A DNA stretch of 64,000 nt from Candidatus Sericytochromatia bacterium. Lineage in GTDB: Bacteria; Cyanobacteriota; Sericytochromatia; S15B-MN24; VGJW01. The stretch lies in assembly GCA_035285865.1 (NCBI GenBank), contig JAYKHS010000024.1, positions 1 through 64,000 of the forward strand. Reading direction: 5' to 3'. Shown in pieces: positions 1 through 9,082 of the stretch. A program made the translations under genes and the position numbers. Each line of letters starts with the position of its first letter. Position 1 is the stretch's first letter. The notes under the pieces are model-generated. The model made no database searches, had not been told where the DNA came from, and worked only from the letters and a program-made list of their open reading frames with translations.

Positions 1-745
1 CCCGCGCCCCGCGGTCGGCAGCATGCACGATGCCTGCCGAGACGCTGACAAAGGTCCCACCGCCCTCGCCGTCCAGCACCTTGACCGCCAGCAGCGTGAC
101 GCCGGGGGCAACACCCACCACGCCGCCATTGCCCAGGCCGGCCGCGACCGTACCGCCGCAATGGGTGCCGTGGCCGTCGTCGTCCGAAGGATCATCGTCC
201 TGATTGATGAAGTCCCGGCCGGCCTCGACACGGCCCGAAAAGTCGGGATGCGCGGCGTCGATGCCCGTATCGATGACGGCAACCTTGACCGCCCGATCAC
301 CGGGTGTCGTGGCCCAGACACGCCTCGCTCCGATGGCCTCCATGCCCCACAGCTGAGGCAACAGGTCGTCGGCCGCCAGCAGGGAGAGCCCACGGAACGC
401 CGGTTCGCGGGCAGCCCGGACGGGACCATCGGCCTCGACCCACCGCACGCCCGGCAGGCTCGCGAGGCGACGGGGAAGATCGGGCGCGTCACCCTGCATC
501 ACCAGCACGCCGAGGGCAGGTATTCGGTCGACGACGACGGCACCGACGGCGTCGCGCGCAGCCCGCGACAGCCCGGCAGGCGTGGTGGCCACGATCCAGC
601 GCGGAGCGGTGGCCCGGGTCGCTGCGGCGGTCCCCGCGGTGGCCCGTGGCGCCTGCAACGGCTGGCCGCCGCAGGCGACGAGTGTCAGCAGGGCGGGCAG
701 CAGGAGGGACGGCCAGAAACGATAGGGTCTGAAGGAAGGTCGCAC
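1..745 (-). CDS. S8 subtilase lipoprotein (5' part; runs off the window edge)
   Basis: Not in the ORF track; translated by hand on the minus strand from GTG 745. Lipobox LLTLVAC-G, then VAVIDTGID (catalytic Asp) and DGHGTHCGGTVAA (catalytic His), GVAPGVTLLAVKVL. TAACAT -10 box lies 6 nt before the GTG. Confidence 0.88.
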   Translation of the reverse strand, partial: MRPSFRPYRFWPSLLLPALLTLVACGGQPLQAPRATAGTAAATRATAPRWIVATTPAGLSRAARDAVGAVVVDRIPALGVLVMQGDAPDLPRRLASLPGVRWVEADGPVRAAREPAFRGLSLLAADDLLPQLWGMEAIGARRVWATTPGDRAVKVAVIDTGIDAAHPDFSGRVEAGRDFINQDDDPSDDDGHGTHCGGTVAAGLGNGGVVGVAPGVTLLAVKVLDGEGGGTFVSVSAGIVHAADRGAR

Positions 746-954
746 GAGCCCATGTTAAAGAATGATTACAGAAGGTGCAAAGAGGGTTCGCGGAGGATCC
801 AAGCCCACACTCAAAAATCAGTGTGGCCGCACCTCAAAGAGGCAAACCGCCGGAGGATTCTGCGTCTAGCTCCATTCATCCTGCATGGTTGGCGGCTCCC
901 TCGGACAACCCCGCGGCGCCAGTCGAGGCCACAGATGAGCGCCCCTCGCAACCG

Positions 955-1251
955 CTACTCGGGCGACTGCCCTGTCTGCGCCTGCTTGACCCTCGCGACG
1001 AGATCGGCGAGCGACGCGGGTGCCACGGGCGCATGCCGGAAATCCGGGTTGTCACCCTTCAAGGCGGCGACGGCTGCCTCGAGCGCCTGGGGCGAATCCG
1101 CCCACAGACTGAGCCACAGCAAGGTCTGCCCCCCCTCGAGGGGGGCCGTTCCAATGAGGATATTTGGAAACTGCTCACGCAGCGCCTGCCGCGTGGCGTC
1201 GAGTTCAGCCGAAGGGATCGCGAACTCGAGGACCTGTTCCGTGGTTGCCAC
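955..1251 (-). CDS. small hypothetical protein (98 aa)
   Basis: C-terminal part of ORF 955..1659 reads as a globular protein (VATTEQVLEFAIP...LLWLSLWADSPQALE). GTG at 1251 is 2 nt after the upstream stop. Confidence 0.55.
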   Translation of the reverse strand: MATTEQVLEFAIPSAELDATRQALREQFPNILIGTAPLEGGQTLLWLSLWADSPQALEAAVAALKGDNPDFRHAPVAPASLADLVARVKQAQTGQSPE

Positions 1252-1253
1252 GG

Positions 1254-1553
1254 TCAGGGCTTGACCGATGGAGGCGGTGGGCCTTGCAGTTGCTGGTCCA
1301 GCGGCGAAGGAAGGTTGTCGAAGGCAATGCCGCGACGCGAGGCCGCCTGCATGGACCGCCACTGTTCGGCACTGACGTAGACGGTTCTGGGCTCGCCGAG
1401 CATGTCGAGGATTCTGAGCGGCCGGTTCTGCAGCTTTTGCGGATCGGCCGAAGTCATACCTGAAGCGACACCGGCCATCGCGCTCAGGATGCCACCGGCC
1501 ACGGCTCCGGCTGCCGCTCCCGCAGTGCTGCGGTTCTGCACGAGGGCAGGCAC
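1254..1553 (-). CDS. small hypothetical protein with Gly/Ala hydrophobic (glycine-zipper-like) segment
   Basis: AGAAAGAVAGGILSAMAGVASG segment. GTG at 1553 is 14 nt after the HIRAN gene stop; start uncertain. Confidence 0.5.
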   Translation of the reverse strand: MPALVQNRSTAGAAAGAVAGGILSAMAGVASGMTSADPQKLQNRPLRILDMLGEPRTVYVSAEQWRSMQAASRRGIAFDNLPSPLDQQLQGPPPPSVKP

Positions 1554-1567
1554 CGCGAGACGTGAGG

Positions 1568-2011
1568 TCAGGCGAGGGGCTTCTTCCGGAGTTCGAGGGA
1601 AATGCGCAATCCGTAGTAGTACCCGGGACCGCCCCCCACCGTGTCGACGACGACAGCACCTGCGTTGGCGTAAAGACCTGAATCGATCGCTTCGTACACG
1701 GGGCGGTTTAGGGAACGTGGCACATATCCCACCATCCCGCACGTATGCCTCACGAGTACCGCAAAGGGATCGTCGTGTAGGGAGCCACCGTGGTCCTTCG
1801 AGGCTGTCTCACCGAACGGGTCCAATTCAAGAGCGAAGATGTCGCCGATCTCGCACTGCTCCACGATCTCCTGCCGAAAGCTGACACCGGCTACCGGCAT
1901 CACATCAGGCCACGGATTCTGGAGCTGCGGATTCTGGGGCTGCGGCTTCGACGGCGTCCCCGCTAGCAGAGCGAGCAGGATCAGGGCACCCACAACAAGC
2001 AAGACGGTCAC
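1568..2011 (-). CDS. membrane-anchored HIRAN domain protein
   Basis: N-terminal hydrophobic helix, P/Q linker, then the HIRAN pattern VAGVSFRQ...LELDP...HDDPFAVLV...VGYVPR. GAGGAG precedes GTG 2011 (ORF is open to 2059). Confidence 0.75.
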   Translation of the reverse strand: MTVLLVVGALILLALLAGTPSKPQPQNPQLQNPWPDVMPVAGVSFRQEIVEQCEIGDIFALELDPFGETASKDHGGSLHDDPFAVLVRHTCGMVGYVPRSLNRPVYEAIDSGLYANAGAVVVDTVGGGPGYYYGLRISLELRKKPLA

Positions 2012-2098
2012 CGCAACTCCTCGAACAGGGAGGTCAATCCGACCTCCCTCGACCGACACGGACGGGGCAACCGGGTCCTTGAGATTCCGTACCGGGAC

Positions 2099-2926
2099 TC
2101 ACGACCGAACGTCAGGCTCTCCGCGACGAACCTCTCCACCTGCTACCGTCAGCCAGGGTCCCCGCCAATGGCCACGAATCTCGTTCCCTGAGACAAGGAA
2201 GGCTCTTCCCTGACCAGATGCCAGAACACCGACCTGCCCGTTGTCCGCGATCTCGCAATCGACGGCGTGAAGCAGGCCTTCGTCCATCACAGCCAAGCCC
2301 GCGTAGGCATTTCCAAGGAACTTGCAGGCACGTGCCTTCAGCACGGTCCCGTTCCCGTTCACGACAGCACCATCCTGCCTGCAGTTCCGGACGACGGACC
2401 GCTCGATGCGGACATTGGCCATCGAGGTCACCTCAATTCCCGCCAGCCCTGCCTCCGAAATCTCGAGGTAATCCAGTTCCGCGCGCGCGAATCGGTATAC
2501 GAAGATGGCCGCCTTGGTCGTCGCCTGCACCGAGCATTGCCGCATGCTCAGATGGGACTGGTTGCCTCCGGCTGCCACCGCCGCCGCCGACGGGGACGAG
2601 AACGAACAGCGCTCAGCCATAAGTCGGCCGGCGGTCACGAGGTGGACCGCGTGTCCGGGAGTTCGGGGCAACCGTGGCGCTCGCACGTCGATACCTTCCA
2701 GTTGAAGCTGGCCACCGTAGAGTTCGATCGTGCTCGCCTCGGTACCTGTCAGCACAGGCCGCAAATCCCCGTGAGGCTTCATCGAATACGAACCAGAAAC
2801 GATGATGCTTTCCACGAAGGATTCCCCGTGCAGGATGATCGTGCCGCCATCCGGATGCGCGCGGAGTGCCTCGCCAATGGAAGCTATTCGGCCAGGGCCG
2901 ACGTGGATCTCGACTTCGGGAACCAT
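2099..2926 (-). CDS. right-handed parallel beta-helix repeat protein, no signal peptide
   Basis: SIGEAL...GGTIILHGESFVESIIV cap followed by PbH1-type repeats (CKFLGNAYAGL, CEIADNGQVGV). TGATG overlap with the upstream gene. Confidence 0.75.
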   Translation of the reverse strand: MVPEVEIHVGPGRIASIGEALRAHPDGGTIILHGESFVESIIVSGSYSMKPHGDLRPVLTGTEASTIELYGGQLQLEGIDVRAPRLPRTPGHAVHLVTAGRLMAERCSFSSPSAAAVAAGGNQSHLSMRQCSVQATTKAAIFVYRFARAELDYLEISEAGLAGIEVTSMANVRIERSVVRNCRQDGAVVNGNGTVLKARACKFLGNAYAGLAVMDEGLLHAVDCEIADNGQVGVLASGQGRAFLVSGNEIRGHWRGPWLTVAGGEVRRGEPDVRS

Positions 2927-4821
2927 CAGTTCCGGCTGTCCTTGCCATCCGGGGACGCAAAATCGCTGCCTTCCAGGTACTCGACCTCGTCGAGACCGTG
3001 CAGGGTTCGGTTTTCCGAACCGAGCAGGAACGCAAGGGTCTCGTCGTCCATCAGCGCTCCCCGGAAGCCCACCCGCCAGAGGATTGCGCCCGCAAAACTC
3101 GCCCCGCGAAGGTCGGTTCCCGACAGATCCACATCAAGAAGTACACAGCCCCGGAAGTCGACCTGACAGAGATTCCTGTCTCGCAAGTCGACGGAATGGA
3201 GAACCGTCGGCCGCCACGATTCCCCTCTGCGAACGCCATTGAAAAAACTGATGACCTCCCCGTGGCGTCCGGCATCGCTACGGGAAAGCTGTTGCTTCGC
3301 GAACCGACTCCGATCGCGCTGACTGCGAAGCATGGCCTTAAGACTCGTCCTCATCTGCCCGGGCACGAGACTCAGCAAGCGTTGTGCACTGACAGGGCTG
3401 CGGAAGAGCTGGTCCTTCAGGCGCTGGTCCTCCCGCAGCAGGTGCCCCACGCCAAGCCGAACCGAAGGGGAGAGGCTCGAATCCTCCGTCGACAATGAAC
3501 CGCGATCGCCACTCCTGCCACTGGCCTTCTGACGGGACCCGGGAGCGGGGACTCGTGAGGTACGCCTTGGCCGCCCGGGAACGCTCCACTCGCGGACAAA
3601 TCCCATTCGCGTGCTGCGGTAGAGTTGTCCGAGTGCGATGAGTCCGGCCAGTCCTACAAGAAGCAGACCAGAGCCAGGCGCATATTGCCTGACCTCGACG
3701 AGAAGGTCCCACGGAAGTTGTCCGTATCGGGAAGGGATCGGCCCCGACCATCCAACTCCGGGGACAGGGCGCCCCTTCTCGTCCATCAGAATCAGCGACG
3801 CCCTGTCTGCAAACAGGATGGTCTGGGCATGCAAATTGGGAATTTCGGCAGCGCCTCCGACAACTACCCGATTGCTTCCGACCCAATTATCCTTGAACGC
3901 CGGACTCCGAGGTACCCGGATCACCATAGGGACCCAGACGTCGAGTCCGAGCCCGTTGCGGTCCACCACGGAGGCTTCACAATGCACAAATCCGGCATTC
4001 CAGAACGCAAGACCAGCCTGCCGATTGTCAACCAGCGTGTTCTGTCGAAGCAAGGCTTCTGCAGAATCGCGCACCAGTATGCCCTGCCCGAGATTCGCCC
4101 GGCACAGATTGTCGCTGACTTCTCCTACCGTGCCTTCTGAAAGGACGATCCCGGGACCGTTATTCTGCACGCAGGTGTTATGGACGATGAGCGGCCGTGC
4201 TCGATGCTCGGCCATAATTCCGGGTAGCCAACCTCCCAGCCCATTTCCGCGCAGGACATTGTCGCGGATGGTGCCGGCGGCTCCCCCCGACAGATGCAGT
4301 CCTGGACCTGCATTAGCTTCGATGTAGTTGCCAATCACATCCACGGAGGAAGGTCCGTCGACCCGAATGCCGTCTCCATCACCACCCACGACACATTCCT
4401 GGATCGAGCCCGTGGCCGAAACGATCCGGATGGTTCCCATATCCTTCGGGATGCCCGTCGCCGTCAGTCTGATGCCTCGTACCACCCACCCGCCTTTCGA
4501 AAGGCAGGACAATGCAGGACCGTTCGAACCTTCAATGAGGGCATCTCGTCCTCCCTCAAGCACGACACTCCGCACGATACGCAGATTCTCGCGGTGGCGA
4601 CCCTTGACCCGAATGACATCCCCTCTACCTGCCCGATCAAGGACAGCTTGGACGGATTGGTCGGCACGAACCACATGCACCCGGGCCTCCGCCGGCGCCG
4701 TACTCACAAGCCCGAAGGCGGGCAGCAGAGCAGCAAGCAAGGCCAGCAAGAACTCACGTGCCTCAGCCAGGTGCAGACCCCGAGCAGCCTTCAGCCCCCC
4801 GCGAGAGCTGCAGTCGGTCAA
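2926..4821 (-). CDS. signal peptide + parallel beta-helix + TM + pentapeptide-repeat protein
   Basis: Signal-like LLALLAALLPAFGLVSTAPAEA; SVQAVLDRAGRGDVIRV cap; many I..N...G..G repeats; TM GLLLVGLAGLIALG; pentapeptide repeats VDLSGTDLRGASFAGAILWRVGFRGA. TTG 4821 overlaps the upstream TGA; start uncertain. Confidence 0.72.
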   Translation of the reverse strand: MTDCSSRGGLKAARGLHLAEAREFLLALLAALLPAFGLVSTAPAEARVHVVRADQSVQAVLDRAGRGDVIRVKGRHRENLRIVRSVVLEGGRDALIEGSNGPALSCLSKGGWVVRGIRLTATGIPKDMGTIRIVSATGSIQECVVGGDGDGIRVDGPSSVDVIGNYIEANAGPGLHLSGGAAGTIRDNVLRGNGLGGWLPGIMAEHRARPLIVHNTCVQNNGPGIVLSEGTVGEVSDNLCRANLGQGILVRDSAEALLRQNTLVDNRQAGLAFWNAGFVHCEASVVDRNGLGLDVWVPMVIRVPRSPAFKDNWVGSNRVVVGGAAEIPNLHAQTILFADRASLILMDEKGRPVPGVGWSGPIPSRYGQLPWDLLVEVRQYAPGSGLLLVGLAGLIALGQLYRSTRMGFVREWSVPGRPRRTSRVPAPGSRQKASGRSGDRGSLSTEDSSLSPSVRLGVGHLLREDQRLKDQLFRSPVSAQRLLSLVPGQMRTSLKAMLRSQRDRSRFAKQQLSRSDAGRHGEVISFFNGVRRGESWRPTVLHSVDLRDRNLCQVDFRGCVLLDVDLSGTDLRGASFAGAILWRVGFRGALMDDETLAFLLGSENRTLHGLDEVEYLEGSDFASPDGKDSRN

Positions 4822-5474
4822 GAATCGCTTCCTCGGGAGACCTCTTCGATCCAGTCCTTCGAATAGTACAACTCGATCTCGATGCGCTTCTGACTCTCCT
4901 TGTCGAGCAACGTCTTCTCGCCGGGACGATAGGGCCGGTTGTCTGCGAAGCCCACGGCCGACAGGTTGCGGAAGCCGACGAGATTCCCCAGGAGGAAAAC
5001 GACGGCCGTCGCGCGGAGACTGGACAGATGCCAGTTCGTCGGACATCGCGGATCCCACGTTAGGAAGGGATCGCTGTTGGTATGCCCACAGACGCGGATC
5101 TCCTTGAAGCCGTTGTCCCTGCTCAGGAATTCCTTGAGCAACGGAGCCAGCTTCAGGAGCTGCTGGCGTCCTGCGGGCTTCAGATCCCACTTGCCCTGCT
5201 CAAAGAGCAGACTGCTGCTGAAGGTGATGACCTGCACCTCCCCCTTGCCGGGAAACAGCGCGATCGACCGATTCGCACCGGTGTCGAAGCGGCTCTCGAA
5301 GGCCTTTTGGAACAACAGCTTCCTCCTGTCCAGTTCGAGCTTCAGCCTGTCATCGACGTTCAGAAAGGAGCTTACTGCGTGCATGAGGATGAAGACGAAC
5401 GCCAGGAGCATCATGATGTCAGCGTAGGCCGGCCAGAATTCCATCTCGCCACGTTGATCCCGTCCACGTCTCAT
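4818..5474 (-). CDS. MotB/ZorB-like protein with OmpA-like peptidoglycan-binding domain
   Basis: FWPAYADIMMLLAFVFIL (MotB-type TM with the conserved Asp), LLFEQGKWDL, IRVCGHTN, NWHLSSLRA, LSAVGFADNRP, RIEI. Confidence 0.88.
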   Translation of the reverse strand: MRRGRDQRGEMEFWPAYADIMMLLAFVFILMHAVSSFLNVDDRLKLELDRRKLLFQKAFESRFDTGANRSIALFPGKGEVQVITFSSSLLFEQGKWDLKPAGRQQLLKLAPLLKEFLSRDNGFKEIRVCGHTNSDPFLTWDPRCPTNWHLSSLRATAVVFLLGNLVGFRNLSAVGFADNRPYRPGEKTLLDKESQKRIEIELYYSKDWIEEVSRGSDS

Positions 5475-5479
5475 CTCGC

Positions 5480-7096
5480 TCAGGACCCGAGCGCGGCACC
5501 CAGTGCCCTGATGAGATCGCTGAAACGATCGCCGATCTGACGGTTCAGGTCCGTAACCTGTTGTTCATGCTTCTTTACCGAATCTGCCACTACCCGGGCG
5601 CCCGCATCGACAAGGCGCTCGTTGAAGCGATCCGGAAGGCCTGACAACTCCATCGTTGTAGTCAGCCACTGCATCCGGGCTCCTTCGAGGGCCTCACCGA
5701 GCGCGGCCATAATCCTGTGTGCCTCGTGACTGGCTCCCACGATCTCGTCGATACTCTGTCCCGCTCGGCCCAGACTCTGGGCCGCCTCGCCGCGGAAGCT
5801 GTCCCACGAAGCCGACTGACGGCGAAGCTCCTGAAGTTGAGGCTCCACGGCGCCCTTCAACCACGCCTCCAGGTCCCCGACGAAATGATCGTGGGAGGCG
5901 CGCAGCGTCGCGTAGCCCTCGTCCAGAGAGCGCCGGATCTCCTGCCCCGCGGTCGAGGCCTGCTCCGCCAGCTTCTCCAGCACCTTGAGGCTTCTTGAGA
6001 AGCTGGACAGCTGGCTCTTCATGATCTTGGCGGATTCGGTAAGACTGGGCCCCAGATTGGCCAGCTCGCCCACGACCTCTGCATGCTGCGTGCTCATCTG
6101 CTCGAGGATGCCCTCCATCCTCAGGAGGGCAAAGCCGAGGTATTCGTTCCTTGCGTCCTCCACTCGTGCCGAGAAGTGAGGGATCACCAGGCCCTGCAAG
6201 AAGCGATCCAGCTCCTCGATGTAGGCGTCCTGGACCTTAGATAACCAGTCGGTAAGCAGACCGAGAACCAGTGTCAGTACGAGGCCGGCAAAGGACGCCC
6301 GGAAAGCCAGTCCCATGGGCTGCAAGGAGTGGGCAAGGGCCGTCTGGATGGACTTGGATGCGTCATCGAAGGTCTGACCAGCTGCCCCGGCAAATACAGG
6401 CTCGAGTTCCGCAAGTGTCAGGGACAGGCTCAGACTCGTGAAGACAAGTCCCAGCAGCACCGCGTTGCGGCTCCAGAAACGCATCCATCGCAGGCTTTCA
6501 CGCTCCTGATTCCAGACCGCGTCCAGGTAGGCCGAGGGATTCACCTGACCACCGACTCGCTGCGCCTGGTGGAGAACCTCGACCCACTTGGACAGCCTGG
6601 AGCCAGTGAGTCCCTCGGACGCCAGAAGTCTGGAGAGGCGATCGCGGACCCATTGGCGAGAAGCATCTGCGCCTCGGTCTACCGGCTCGGCACCGGAAAG
6701 GGAGACTTCGTCATCCTCGACATCTTCGTCCCCGTCTTCGGGAGCGAAATAGACAATTTCCACGGGATTGCCGTCCTGGTCCTTGGCAACCAGAGTCTTG
6801 TCCTCTCCTATCGAGACATCAATGCTGATCTTGGACAGATCGAACCCCTCCACGACTTTCTGCGTGGCAACGTTCCACATGAAGGGAGCCCCATCTGGCC
6901 CGCAGGCGAGCACGATCTCGCCTGCGTCCTCGGCCGCTTCGTCCTCCTGAGATATCAGGAGGACTTGCTGGTCGACCTTCAAACGAAGTGCCTCGACCAG
7001 ACGGCGGTCGCGTCCGATTCGTCGATATTGCCGAACTGCCTCCAGAAGTGCCAACAGCAGCCAGACGCTGAAGACCACGATTGCCATTAGGTACAT
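5480..7096 (-). CDS. MotA/TolQ/ExbB-fold ZorA-like protein with long C-terminal helical tail
   Basis: N-terminal TM; TM pair LLGLVFTSLSL and MGLAFRASFAGLVLTLVL; about 250 aa heptad-rich tail; lies 5 nt upstream of the MotB-like gene. Confidence 0.78.
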   Translation of the reverse strand: MYLMAIVVFSVWLLLALLEAVRQYRRIGRDRRLVEALRLKVDQQVLLISQEDEAAEDAGEIVLACGPDGAPFMWNVATQKVVEGFDLSKISIDVSIGEDKTLVAKDQDGNPVEIVYFAPEDGDEDVEDDEVSLSGAEPVDRGADASRQWVRDRLSRLLASEGLTGSRLSKWVEVLHQAQRVGGQVNPSAYLDAVWNQERESLRWMRFWSRNAVLLGLVFTSLSLSLTLAELEPVFAGAAGQTFDDASKSIQTALAHSLQPMGLAFRASFAGLVLTLVLGLLTDWLSKVQDAYIEELDRFLQGLVIPHFSARVEDARNEYLGFALLRMEGILEQMSTQHAEVVGELANLGPSLTESAKIMKSQLSSFSRSLKVLEKLAEQASTAGQEIRRSLDEGYATLRASHDHFVGDLEAWLKGAVEPQLQELRRQSASWDSFRGEAAQSLGRAGQSIDEIVGASHEAHRIMAALGEALEGARMQWLTTTMELSGLPDRFNERLVDAGARVVADSVKKHEQQVTDLNRQIGDRFSDLIRALGAALGS

Positions 7097-7099
7097 GGC

Positions 7100-9082
7100 C
7101 TAGCCCTTGGCATCTTCGACCGGGCGTGCCGCCGTGCCGTTGCCGAGCGGGGGACGCTTCCGAAAGGTGGGACGGACTACTTCAGGCCCCGAATCGATGG
7201 CGGGCTGACCCTGAAGTCTGTCATCCTCCCACGTCGAGCTTTCCCACCGTCTCCGCCCCACACAACGGATCAGCCATTCCTGATTCAGACGATCCATGCC
7301 CTTCACGACACACACGACGAGAAACCCGAGCGTGAAGATGGCGGGAAGAACCACAGGGAGGATGTCGCCGTTAGACACCGTGTTGGCCTGAATGTAGCTG
7401 TAGTTCGACGCGAACTCAAGAAGAATGATGAGCGTGCCGACAACGGATAGAATCACCGGCCCGCGCAGCCTCGTCAGAAGTTCGGCCCTGTCGAGCACTT
7501 CGTATCGACGAGCGGCCATCCTGTCGACGACACCAGAATATCCATTACGGAGGAAGCCGTTCCTCTCGTAGTTCATAACGATGCTGGGAATCGCTTCCAC
7601 CACCGCCCACTCCGCCAGAAGAATCAGAATCAACCAGGCGGTCCAGGCACCTGGGGAAACGACAAATCTGACTCCCCCGTAGAAGAGCCTGATCTTCCCG
7701 AGGAAGGGAAGTAGACCTACCAGCACGAGGCTGGCAGGATAGGTCAGGCCCAAAATAGCAATGAGGTTTGCAATCCTTAAGAAGATGCCCCGCGAATCAA
7801 TGTTCTTCTGCCACTTCACCAACTCGGCCCATTCGCCGGCCTTGAAGTGACGATTGGTTTCCCAATCCTCAAGTCTGCGCTTGAGTTCCGAATACAACCG
7901 GAACCGGATCTCTTCCCATTCACGAAGCCTCGCGCTTCGCTGTTCTTTATCAATCGCAGAGTCTTTCGACTTCTTTTTGACGGCGCCCTGCTTCTCCTTC
8001 TGATGGAGTTGTTTCTTCTTGTCCACTTCCTTCTTGCGGACGACAATAAGCCTCGCGAAGGCAGCCTCCCGGGTAGCCATCAGCGCACGCCGCTCCTTGT
8101 CCAGAGCCCGGACCCGATCGGACCAATCGGACAGTTCAGCACGCCACTGTTTCCGCAGGGCATCGACCGTCCGGCCCATCACGGGAATCTCGGGGATGGC
8201 CAGCAGGTAGGGGTGAGGCAAGGCACAGAGCGCCAGCACGCCCATGGCCACGACAAGGTGGAGGAAAAATGCCTGAATATCGTTTTGGCCCATTCCGAAA
8301 CTGGCCTGCCAGCGATAGACGACCGAAACGCTGATCAGGACGACCATCGCAAACGCCGCGACGGAGCCAAGTCCAAGGAAGACCGGGCCACCCTGGCGAC
8401 GGGACCACGCCGAATAGAAGGCGGAGCGTCGTTCCTCATCGGTGGGCGGAACCGATCCACGAACCTGTCCTTGCAAGTTTTCCCACTCCTCCACCACCAG
8501 CACGATAACCGCCACCGACTGACCAAGGCCCAGACGAACTAGGGAAGGTTCCGCACGTCGGGCCTGCCACGCCTCCTCGATCCGTGTGAGGAGCTGGGCA
8601 ACCAGAACGCCGAGGAAGCCCACGACACACCCACCCAACCCGACAACCCACCACGGAGGAGCAGCGGGCACGAGCCTCCACGAAAGCACCACGGTCAGAA
8701 TCGCAAGGCTCAGGAATCTCAGCCCAGTGACGACGAAGTGGCGCAAGCGCAATCTCGACAGCAGAAGCCTGGGCGCATTCGGCTTATCACCCGGATACGG
8801 GAGATTTTCGAGTTCCGCTTCAATACGTGCGACCTCGATCTCCTCGGGTGCTTGCCGAGCACCAGAGGAACCTTCGACCTCAGGCTCCGCAGCGACGGCA
8901 GCTGGCTCTCTCTCGGGAACAGGCTCATCCTCGCCGGGGTCCTCCGGAGAAACGGGGATGGCATCGAAAGCCACGTCCCTGTTACCGAGATGGGCGATGT
9001 AGCTCTGGTGGAGTTCCCGGACCTCCTCGTCGATCCGGTAGAACGCTGCCGTCGGGTACTTTTCAGCCACGAGTCTGGTCAT
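7100..9082 (-). CDS. multi-pass membrane protein with central Lys/Glu-rich coiled coil, unknown function
   Basis: ATG 9082 overlaps the upstream stop (ATGA). About 8-9 hydrophobic segments in two groups flank a charged helical region (RKKEVDKKKQLHQKEKQ). Confidence 0.75.
   Translation of the reverse strand: MTRLVAEKYPTAAFYRIDEEVRELHQSYIAHLGNRDVAFDAIPVSPEDPGEDEPVPEREPAAVAAEPEVEGSSGARQAPEEIEVARIEAELENLPYPGDKPNAPRLLLSRLRLRHFVVTGLRFLSLAILTVVLSWRLVPAAPPWWVVGLGGCVVGFLGVLVAQLLTRIEEAWQARRAEPSLVRLGLGQSVAVIVLVVEEWENLQGQVRGSVPPTDEERRSAFYSAWSRRQGGPVFLGLGSVAAFAMVVLISVSVVYRWQASFGMGQNDIQAFFLHLVVAMGVLALCALPHPYLLAIPEIPVMGRTVDALRKQWRAELSDWSDRVRALDKERRALMATREAAFARLIVVRKKEVDKKKQLHQKEKQGAVKKKSKDSAIDKEQRSARLREWEEIRFRLYSELKRRLEDWETNRHFKAGEWAELVKWQKNIDSRGIFLRIANLIAILGLTYPASLVLVGLLPFLGKIRLFYGGVRFVVSPGAWTAWLILILLAEWAVVEAIPSIVMNYERNGFLRNGYSGVVDRMAARRYEVLDRAELLTRLRGPVILSVVGTLIILLEFASNYSYIQANTVSNGDILPVVLPAIFTLGFLVVCVVKGMDRLNQEWLIRCVGRRRWESSTWEDDRLQGQPAIDSGPEVVRPTFRKRPPLGNGTAARPVEDAKG

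Noticed and set aside
820..900. GGCAAAC...GTCTAG resemblance to a c-di-GMP-I riboswitch
   Set aside because: Poor match to the P1/P2 architecture and on the wrong strand for the adjacent gene.
23..1264. 413-aa plus-strand ORF
   Set aside because: Antisense shadow of the minus-strand subtilase and a small ORF; no motifs.
4818..7096. Ordinary flagellar motAB or exbBD/tolQR
   Set aside because: No flagellar or TonB/Tol genes nearby, the A subunit has a long tail, and the B subunit has an OmpA domain; ZorAB-like fits better.
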